The position numbers and the translations under genes are program-made. Shown here piece after piece: positions 36,901 through 48,900 of a stretch of DNA of 64,000 nucleotides (positions are counted from its first letter, which is position 1; each line of letters opens with the position of its first letter). Under the pieces are notes generated by a model, which was given only the letters and a program-made list of their open reading frames with translations, did not search any database and was not told the DNA's origin. Origin of the DNA: Amphiscolops sp. MND2022 (taxonomy: Eukaryota); contig OZ076409.1 in NCBI GenBank assembly GCA_964187785.1, positions 27,778,001-27,842,000 on the forward strand, written 5' to 3'.

Positions 36901-39900
36901 TCGCTGGACAGAAACTCTCATACACGACGGTGAACAACCATATTCAGTTTTACGATCTGGTGGAACTGTACCCGAGAGTGCTCATATCCGGAGCAACCAA
37001 AACAGAATGGTTCAAATTCACAAATCAATTCAAAGGGGCGATAAAAGATGACGAAAGCATGAAAACGAGGTTGGCAGTCAGTTTAAAGGTATTCTTAGAG
37101 CAAGATGGCTCTTTTGAAGACGCCTGTGAAAACATTAAAATTTAATATTCCCCTCTATCTGTTTGGTGAGTTTGAAATGAATTTAGTCTATGGTCACAAT
37201 GTTTTAGTATCAGTTGAAACGAGACTTATACATTATAGCCTATCTCCACATGTTTAAGTATCCGTTGAACGGAGATTTATACATTATAGCCTATATCCAC
37301 ATGTTTAAGGATAGGACTTACCATCTTACCATGGTAATAGTCGCAGGTTGGCGGTCATATCATAATATTGTGTATAATCATGTATAATGTATAAAATACA
37401 CCGGAAAAAATATATTCAAATTTTCAGTTTTTTCTAGAATAACTGTACAGAATTAAATAAATCTACTAAGGTGGAAGAATACTGATGAAAAAAGACAATC
37501 GAATTTTATGTTTTTTGTTCACCAAATAAAGGTTGCCATTTTCAGCACACAATACTGTGTTGCATATAATCATTTTATTTGTATCTTGACTATTTTCTGT
37601 ATTATTCGGGAAAACATATAACGACTGACTTTTTGGTTCTGTTGCTGTGGAAGAAAGACACCCCCCTTTAATTGGAACATTTGTAATACTCTTTTATCTA
37701 GTTACTGAATGTTTTCGTGTGGATTCGAAAAAAGAGTCAGTATTATAGTCGCGTTTCACTTCATGATGTGCCGGCTCAAAACAAACACGAGACGCCAATA
37801 TGCTTATAACCAAATAAACGTTGATAATACTATTCAAATTTAAAACATGTAGTCTGTGATTATCAGTGTAGGTTTACCATTGCGCATGCCTATGTGTCTT
37901 GTATTTTTTAGTCATAGACATTTTCATGTCCAATTAAATAAAGAATGAATTTAACATTCAAAGAATTTGTCAAGAAATATGGATTAAAAAACGAAGCAAC
38001 TTCTAATGTAAAAATAAAAGGTATACTAGACATAATAAATAGACATATTCATGATTCCTGTAAAGTGTACATGAGAGATGATAAATTTACAACTGATTCA
38101 GGAATTGTAAATTTACACCCCTCAGTGGGAACACACTGGGTCATGTTTATTAAGGAATATTACTTCGATTCATATGGCTGCCCACCTCCAATAAACATAC
38201 TCAACTATCTTAATATTGGTCAATACTCAGAATATCAAATTCAAAAAAATGATAGCTATTGCGCAGCGTATTGTTTATATGTTTTATATCTTACACAAAG
38301 TATAGGCTTTAAAAATGCAGTTTTGAGTTTATACTATCAGACATTTTGTCATTAATAAATGAAGAAAATTAATACTTATTCAGCTCAGTTTAAAGTCATA
38401 TATCCAAAAGATCATTCAAAAAATAATAATACGAATGGTATTCCGAATGAGAAAATATTATCAAAAGATAGACAAGAATTTATAAATAACATAGCTGCTA
38501 GTGGATTTAAACACTTTCATGCATAATAAATGGATCTATCAAACTTTGTAACTTATGATAAAAAGGAATCTCTTTTGCTGAATATTGCTAAATCTAATCA
38601 AGAAATTGTTGAAAATACTCATTCGAAACCACAAGAAACTCTAGAATTTAAAATGACTAAACAAAAAGAATCTTTTTCATTCGATGTTCCTCTCCAACTA
38701 AATGAAAATTGGATGATGGGAGTAACAAGTTTAGAAGTCTATAATACAGTTTATAATATCACTAATAGCAATAACAAACTAGAGATTGTTCTGAATGATC
38801 AACAACTCAAAGAACTTAACCTTGACAGTGAATTATTAGTGTCTGTCGAAGAGTTATATAAGGCCTATTTTGTTAAACCTTATAAGTATAATGAATTTAT
38901 AGAAAAGGTTAATAAACTTATAACTAATAGTTATTCTAAAAAGAAGAAACTTACTAGAGTAGATTTTACCTATTTAACAAAGATAATTGAATCACTTAAT
39001 CAAATATATAAAGAACGCCTCAATCAAGAAAGAATAATTCAAGCATACAAAGACCACCTAAAACTTGAAAAAATAAATTGGGACGAAATAAATTGGGAGG
39101 AAATAAATTTGGATGAAATAAACCAAGAAGAAATAAACCAAATAAATCAAATAAATTTACCCCCCTTTGAAATTATTGAAAACGATTTCTTTGGAATACA
39201 ACTAACACCAGGAGTTTATGAACTAGTTGATATAAATAATGCAATTAAACAAAAAATTCATGAAAGTGATTATGATTTTAAAATTGATATAATACCCGAC
39301 ACAATATCAATGAAATCAGTTTTAACAACCTCAAACTCTATTCATTTTAACTCCAGACTTAACATTCTTTTGGGATTTACAAACAAGGATTACCCACCCG
39401 GAACTCACACTTCAGAGAAACCAGTTATGATAACGACCACCGATAAAGTTCACCTGAAGTGCGACTGCGTAGATGGTTCAATTGTTAATGGAATTAGAGA
39501 ACAAATCCTGTTTAGTTTTAATCTTAGTGCTCCTCCGGGATATAAAATTATAAATAATCCGACTACTGTTTTGTACAAAAAGATAAACAAAACAAGATTA
39601 GACCAGATACAATTTTTTCTTGAAGACTCCAACCACAACCCAGTAGATTTCAACAACGAGACACTCACATTCACAATTCAAATCATCAAGATTTAATATA
39701 AATAAATGAGCTTCAATAAATTTAAAACTAAGTCTTATTGTGTTGGTGGTAAACACTATTCTGCTACAACTAATATTCGAGGAGATATTTCTCAAAATAA
39801 AAAAACTGGCATGCCAGTTAAACTCCTACGTGGTGTGTGTGTAACATGTAAAAGAAATAAATCCCTTATAGTATCTGATCAAACTATTTCAGCCGAGGGA

Positions 39901-42900
39901 TTGGGTGACTTCTTTAACCATATTGGCAAAGCTGCAAAGAATGTTGGAAAGAAAATACTCAATAATCCTGGTAGGGCACTAGAACTCGCAGCTAATATTG
40001 GTACCGCAGCAGCAAGTAAAAATCCACGAATGATAGCTGCAACTGCTCCTGATATTATAAAATTTGTTCATCAAGGAAAAGGCTTATATTTGGGAAAAAT
40101 TCATTAAATTTATGGTTAATAAATGTATTCAATACATAATCGTGATGATTTAGAAAAATTAAAAAAATTGCAAAAAACAAAATCTTCACTCCACAAAGAA
40201 AGATTAAAAGAGAAACTTGGGAAGCAAGACTTTCATTACGATATGGAAGAAGTTTTTGAACCCGTTACTGAAAACCAGAAACAAAACCAAACTAAACAAC
40301 AAGAACTTTCTGAAAAGCAAATACAAGCGCTACGTGATTCTACTCAAACTACAACACAAGCAATCGAAAATCAGGCAAGAGCAATAGAACACAGTAGTGA
40401 TATTTTAAATAAAAATTTACAAAAATCTATTAAAGATGCTAATTCCAACCAAGTAGACAGTTCAATTGTTAAAACAGTTTCCAACCTTCTCAATGACAAA
40501 AACAAAAGTCAATTTAGTTTAGAACCTGTTTTAGGAAGTTCAAATTTCTTCACAATTAACCACACTGATCCTCAACTAGTACAAATCAAAGGTTCAACGA
40601 TGACTTTCCAGAATGGTAACACATATAATTTAAATGATCCGGATCTTTCATCTTTTATAACTAATGCACAAATAGATAAAAAAATACAAAACGAGAATCT
40701 TATTTATAATTTTTTAAAAGATATGAAATATGATCTTAATTATGGAGATAAAAAATCAAAGAGGTATTATTTCATTAAACATTTGATTAATCAATACACA
40801 TATCAACAATCCCAATCGGGAAGTGGATTAAATCAGTATATCTTCCTCCCATCTGACCCAGATGAGCTTGTAGATCAACTTAAACTAATCGTGTTAGAAA
40901 AAGTAGGAGGAAATGATAATCCTATGCTGAGCGAACAAATCATAGCAATTGCTGATAAACTTTTACAATACCAATGCATTACAACAAATCAACATCAAAA
41001 CATTGTTTCAGCTTTTACTAAAAAGGATCAGTTTGTGGATTAAAGATTTTATACTCTGGATTAGATTCATTGCACAGTTTATACTTACATCCGTTTTTAT
41101 CTTCTAGCCTGTTTATTAATAAATAGTTGTATTTTTCTTTCCATGCCTCCCTGCACAAACTTTTAAATTCATCATAAGACATATCAAAACCTGCAATATC
41201 TCTGTATATATTTTCTACATCTTTCAATGTTTGTTGAAATAAAATTATGATATTACTATTATTGCGTATGGTGCGTTTAGGCAAATCGAAATATGACTGT
41301 GATAAATAATAAACATCTAAATCATTATGTCTTCCCCTAGTAAAAAATGGATCTATTAATTTCTGATTCGAGTCTAACATATCATCAAATACAACAACAA
41401 TTTTGAAAATCTTGTATTGTTCTATCTTCTAGATCGTCTTCCACTGAAACGTCTTCTAGTTGTATGTTCTCGTATTGTTCCGGAGATCTAGTTATGATTT
41501 TTATTTGTTGTTCTGGGTTATCCAAGCGAATTAATTGTAATTTGTTTAATAACAAAAAAGTCTTACCACAAAATGAAGGACCAACTATTAATGTTCGATT
41601 TAATGCATCAGCCTCAATTGTATTATTTGTATCAGTTTTATGAATGTTTTTTATATGCTTTGACAAATATGTTTTATTGAATTCACGGTTACAAAATTCA
41701 CACCTCATCTTCCTATTAAAACAACTAATACACTTAATATATACATCACCATTTTTATATTTATAGAAATCTTCTTCAGATTTAAAAATATTACACCCTT
41801 TACAGATTTTTTTATTACCACAATTTAAACTGTTCATTTATTTAGTAAAATTCCGTTGTAAAATGAATCACTAAGACGATTTTTTGTCACTAAGACCCAC
41901 CTCTTAGTGAATAAGAAACACTAAGAATCACTAAGAGTCACTAAGACCCACCTCTTAGTGAATAAGAAACACTAAGAATCACTAAGAGTCACTAAGACCC
42001 AACACTTAGTGATAAAAATACCACTTTCAACCATTCTAAATTATTAAATGAACCTGAAACAAAAAATAGCTAAAGAAATATTCTCTCCTGTAGTTAAAAA
42101 ATTTGACCGCATCCAAATACAAACTCACTATAAAGATGAGTGTTGGAGTATTGATCTGATAGACCGATCTAGCTTAGCAAAATACAACAAAAACTACAAG
42201 TTTATTTTTACAATAATTGACAATCATACTAAATTTGCATGGGCGATTCCTCTTAAAGATAAATCAGGAAAAAGTACAACGACTGCATTCAAGAAACTAA
42301 TAGAAACTAGTAAAAGAAAACCTGAAAAAGTGTGGTCGGATAGAGGTAAAGAGTTCTATAATAAAACATTTTTGGATTTTCTTAAACAAAATGAAATACA
42401 AATTTATTCAACTCACTCAGATTTGAAAGCTGTTTTTGTTGAACGTTTCAATAGAACATTATTAGATCTTATCAAAGAACCGATGTATATTGAAGGTAAA
42501 GCTTGTTGGTTGAATCATATTAACAGTGCTTTGGATAAGTATAATAATCGTGTGCATACCACAACCCGCATGACACCGTTTGAAGCTAGTAATAAACCAA
42601 TAGATCCACCTACTTTTGTTAATAAACCGAAACAACCCAAATTTCAAGTGGGAGACTATGTAAGAGTTCCTGATAAAAGGAACATTTATTCAAAAGGCTA
42701 TACAACAAATTGGAATAGAGAACTTTTTAAAATACAAAAAATTAATCCAACTAACCCCATAACCTATACTTTAGAAGACGAAAACAACGAGCAAATAGCA
42801 GGAAAATATTATGAACAAGAACTTTTAAGAAGTGTATTCAACTTTGAATCTAATAACAAAACGTTAGAAAGTATGAATATTTTCCATCAGTTTGAGTAAT

Positions 42901-45900
42901 TATGCTAAAATAAATAAGAATGTCATTACATAAGTTTGGTTATAGTGCTGAAAGCCTACAAAAAGACAAGATTGAGAATCTTGAAAAAGAATTGGAGTCA
43001 CAAACCAAATTATTCAACTTAAAACTTTATGATTTGTCTAATAATTTAGAAAATTTTAATAACCTACAAGAAGTTATATTTGACAACGGTGAAACAAAGG
43101 TATTAGTCAATGCAAAAACGTTTGTAGACATAAACAAAAATATAGAAGATATAAAAATAAATTTGAAATACTTAGAACAAGATATTAAAAATAAATTATT
43201 AGAAAAGAAGAAAGAAATAATTTTGGATGCTGCTAAGTTGGTAGAAGAACAACAAACCATTTTGCGAAATAGTTTCGAGAGAAACCTTATTTCAGAATTG
43301 GAAAAAAGCAAAAACCAAGCAGTCAAGGATGTTATACAACTACTGTATAGCAAAGGATTGTTTGACTCATTTGAAAATAAGGACCAAATATTCCAGTCGT
43401 ATTTGACCTTCTCAAACCAATACTTGCTTGAAAAATACGGAACAGAAATAAAGACATCAGATGGTGTGTATTATTTATCAGACTTGGACTATTCAACGAG
43501 AGAAGATATTGTGAAGTGTTTAAAAAAAGATGAATACAAAGATATAGTTGACCTTAAATATAGAATGAAACTAACCACGAGTGAAATCAATTTCATACTT
43601 TTTGACTAAATAAATGAATGAAAAATTATACCCCAGTTTGCAACCACAAGTAGATAGTTTAGAGCAACACCTAAACCTACGATTGAAAGAAATAAATAGT
43701 TTCAATAATTCAATTCAAAATATAAAAGATATTAAAAATTTTTATAATCATGAAGCCAAAAAGTATAAAAAGAAAAGTAAACAATACAAGCTCATAAATT
43801 GTTTAATACAATCTGTTGATGGTGTTTCAATACTAGCTGTATCATCAACATGTGTCACTCTCAGCATTACTGGAGTTGGACTGGTTGTTGTCCCCGTTGC
43901 TAGTGGTATTGGTGCAGGTTTATGTATAATCAGTAAGCTTCTTGGTGAGTACCTGAAAAGAAAAGAACAACACAATCTTAAGAAATATACCCTTGCTGGT
44001 AGAACACTACATGATTTCTGTAAACTACATTCAAAATGTTTAGAAGACAATAAAATCGATCTGAATGAATATAACAAACTAAAACAATCTTATGATACAT
44101 ACAAAACGAACAAAACTAAACTAAATTCTGAGTTTACTTTTTTAGGCTAACATTATTTAGTAAAAACAATATCAGTATAAATTTTAAATCATGATTTTTT
44201 GTATATAAATGGAATTATTTTCTTTGAAAAATAAATATGTTCTCGATAATCCAATTCATAAAATTGATTTTATTAAATACTCGCCTAGTAGTTTAGCTAC
44301 AATCAACAACAATAATTCAAATATTTCCATCATTTTCCCAAGAGAAGATGCTTATATTTGTTTACAAAACTCATACATTAGTCTAGAATTTGAAGTTCTT
44401 AAAAACGATAACACACGCTACGTAGACAACGACCAAATAAGCTTGGTCAACTTTGGGCCTGTTGCTTTATTTAGTGAAGCTAAACTTGTGACATCATCAG
44501 GAAAGCATCTTGAGAAAGTTGATAACCTACACCCAGTATGTTTAATGTACAAGCTTTTGACTAGCAACCAACAAACAAGTCAATTGATGTACGGATTTGA
44601 AGAATCAGAAAACACCAGGCGATTAGAATTAACAAACCACAAAACAGAAAAAGGAACCTTTTTTGTTAGAATAAAACTAAAAGACTTGTTTGGATTTGCT
44701 GATCAAGAAAAAATAACTTACGGATTGGGTTATTCTCTGACATTAAAACGTAATAATAATAACGACCCTATCATCAGGGACAACGGTGTAGATGCTGCAA
44801 AAATAGATATAAAAGATATTGCTTGGCACATTCCACACTATGTACCCAGTATGGAAAACCAGCAGCTTGTCCTTAATCAAATATTAGATAAAGACCCAAC
44901 CGAGTTGTATTATATAGAACGAACTGTCTTTAGAAAAGATGTTAACACCAATAATAATTGGACATTTGAATTAGGCAACAGTGGAGAATCGACACCAACA
45001 TACGTGATAGTTGGATTTCAAGCTAGAAATAAAATTGATTCACAAACACATAACAACTCAACATTCGATCGACTTTCGGTTAGTAATGCAGTTTGTAAAA
45101 TAGGATCAGAAAAATATCCCGATGATGGAATAGAATGTGACTACGACCGCGACAAATACGATCAAGCTTATTATGAAATCGAAAACTTCTATAACTTACA
45201 TTCTGAATCTAATCTACTCAATCCGTTTATCAGTTTGCACAAATTCCGAACGAGTTACAATTTTTATGTATTTGACATATCTAAGCAAAAACCACCTATA
45301 GCATCTCAACGTATTAGATTAGAATTTAAATTTAGTGCTGCTTTTGGTGTAGCAGATTATGTAGCTTATGCCCTTGTACTAACACCCAAGTTAATAAGTA
45401 TTAGTAGTGACGGACAAAGACACTTTGATCTTTTATAATTCATCAATTCATCAATATAAAAACATTAGATGAAAACGAATCTGTAATTAAAAAATTGAAA
45501 ATTTATTTGAAATAAATAATATATAATAAATGAAGTACATAAATAATAAATTTTACACTGAAGTTAATAATCCAAAGTACATTATCAATGATGGTAAAAT
45601 TCTGAGAGAAACATCTCCTCCCAAGTCATTGAAATCTAAATATGAAGTTATGAATGGTGTTAAATTAGATAAAAAATCAAATATAATTGAATTAGATGAC
45701 GGATCTCTTCATATTGTAACGAAATAAATGGATGAAGAAGAATTTTTAAATCCTACCATGTGTAGGAGATGTAATAGAAATGCTCTACTAGAATACGAGT
45801 ATGAATTCACTTGTTATGTATGTGAATTCAATGTTATAAAAACTAAAAATCAATTGACAAAAGTTCAAAGAAAAAAGAATATCAATTTTAAAGGGAGATT

Positions 45901-48900
45901 AACATATGCAACTCCGAAAATAATTGGTATTTGTATGGAAGTTAATTCATTAGTTCAAACCAATGATATAGACGTTCTCGCAGCTGTCCTGACATATCTT
46001 AAAAAGAAGAGACTAAATATCTTAGAAGAAATCCTAAACAAGTTTGATGACATGCCTGATGATTTCGAAAAAAAATGTCTTCGCTGCATCTGAAGGAATT
46101 CACAAAGCTGGAGATTATGCACTTAGGATGATGAAGTGGTTGGTCTCGGCTAGGTATTATGAAAACATTAACTATTATGACTTGATAGCAACTACTTTAA
46201 GATATATGAAGGGGGAACAGCTCTTTGTGAGGAAAGAAGTTTTCTTGTTTATAAATGAGCGATAGTGAAGGTGAAACAATTTATCCTGAAAGTGAGGTTT
46301 CTGAGGATGAATCTCTACATAGTTCAGATGAAGACTTTATCGATGATTCGGAGAGCGAAGATGAAGACTATATCCCCCCAAAACGGAAGCGGAGAAATAT
46401 AGAAATTATTATAAAAATAGAAAAATGAAAAAACAATTGAATAAAAATTTATATAGTAAATGGATGAAACATATCATAGGAAATATTGTGAAGCTTGTGA
46501 TAAACAAGTTCACACATCATCGTTTGCAAAGCATCTGAAGTCTAAAATTCATTTACAGAAAAATGTAGGTGTAATCCCACAAAAACCCAGAGTTCTACTA
46601 GCAGTGGAAGAACAACAAGAACCTAGAGTTCTACCAGCAGTGGAAGAACAACAAGAACCTAGAGTTCTACCAGTAGTGGAAGAACAACAACAACCTCGAG
46701 CTCGACCTATCCCCCCAAAACGGAATCGGAGAAATATAGAAATTATTATAAAAATAGAAAAATAGAAAAAACAATTGAATAAAAATTTATATAGTAAATG
46801 AACACAACAAATACCAAATATTGTGAAGTGTGTGATAAACACATTCACACAGCATCCTTCTCGAGACATGAGAAATCTAAAATTCATTTACACAATATTG
46901 GCGTTGTACCGGGAGACCCTATACAACGAAGGGCGCGATCGGTCCCAACACTAAAACAATTAGCGAGAGCTAAAGTCAATCTCTCAGAAAAAGAGTTGGC
47001 AAAACATATGATAAATCCATACTACTTCTCTAAAAGATATGAACCTCAATATGATGTTAATCTTGATCAACACCACCCCAAACACTTAAATAGTAAGATA
47101 ACTGTCAAACCTAAATATGATCTCCCTATTGAATTGCTCGATCTGAATAATATCTTCAAAGAAATGTCAGCAATATATGCTAGGTTAATTGAGCAATATA
47201 AATTCAAATATCAAGTTGTCTTCTCAGTTATTTTCGATAAGGAGACTCGAGATGAGTTAGAACAGTATGTTAGTTTGGAGGTCAATCAGAGTTTAACTTG
47301 GAATGATATTGAAAAGTATGATCTAGAAGGAAAAACAAATGCATTGATTGAAAATCTGGAGATGAAAGATAGTGGTTGGAGATTCTGTAAAATTGCATCG
47401 ATGACTATATACTTTTATAAAACTGTTGAACTGAATGGTAGCAGTTATGTTAAAATACCTCTTAGAAGCGCTGCTATTTTAAACATTGAAAATAATGATA
47501 AGTACTGTTTTCTATGGAGCATCTTAGCTCACCTTCATCCTTGTGAGAATTCTCACCCTAATAGAGTTTCAAACTATCGAGAATATTTTAGAGAATTGAA
47601 AACAGATGGATTGGAATTCCCTTTTAAAACTATGTTTTTTTAAATGTTTTTAAATTTGAAAAGATGAATAATCTAGCTATTAATATATTTGAGTTACAGT
47701 TCTATCAAGAGGGGGAAAAGTGGAAACATAAATTGATTCCTATTGAGGTTAGTGAGAACAATTCAGAAACAGTGATTGATTTGGTGATATATAAAAATCA
47801 CTATGCCCTCATTAAAAAACTTCATGTATTCTTAGGAAAAAGGGATTCAAAATTTGTTTGTCGTCGATGTCTAAGTTGCTTTACAAATGAAAACGTTTTG
47901 GTGAAACATACTGAAAGATGTAAGCAACAAGATATCACAGCTATCAGAGTTAGCAAGGATAGTCATTTAATGTGGAAGAAGCACTTTCATAAGATCCCAC
48001 TATATTTCAGGATCTATGGTGATTTCGAATGTAATAATAAAAGAGAATATTCTAACATAGGTAATAAAACCACAAACATTTTCAGACAAAATCCAATGTG
48101 TAATGGATTTTACATAGTATCTGAGATGGATAATGTTCTACAGTCTGGATGGCATCTCTCGCCCTTTGGAGAGGATAATGTTGAATGGTTTGTTAATGAA
48201 GTCATAAAGATTGAGAATAAGATGAATTTCTATTTTAAGAATACAAAGAAAGAGATTATGATGACTCAAGAAGATGAGGAAGATTTTAAGAATAGTACTC
48301 ATTGTTGGTTCTGTGAACTTCCCTTAGATGGGAGAGCTGTCAGAGATCATTCTCATCTGACTGGTAGGTATCGAGGGGCTGCACATGAAAAGTGTAATAT
48401 AAATGTGAAACAGAAACAGAGTAATTTCATACCATTCGTGTTTCACAACTTCAGTAACTACGACTGTCACTTGTTCTTTAAAACATTGATTGATAAAAAA
48501 TCAGATAATGTTCCCCTTCATGTCATACCCAAGACAAATGAGGAATATATATCAATTTCATATGGTTGTATTAGATTTATAGATTCATATAGATTTTTAT
48601 CAAGTAGTTTAGATGGGTTGGTTAAAACAGTTGATGAGTTGACAATTCTGAAGAGAGAGTTTCCTGATAATTGGGAGCTGTTGAGTAAGAAGTTGGCGTA
48701 CCCATATGAATATTTTAAATCTCTTGATGATTATCAGTTGTCAGTTAAAGATCTTGTAAAAGAGGATTACTTCAGTAGATTGAAAAATGGATATCCTCAA
48801 GATAGTGAGATTCAGAGAACAAATGAAATCATTGAAACTTTTAAGATTAAAACTGGAAAGGAGTTGACTGAGTTGTATTTGAAAACTGATGTTGTTTTGT

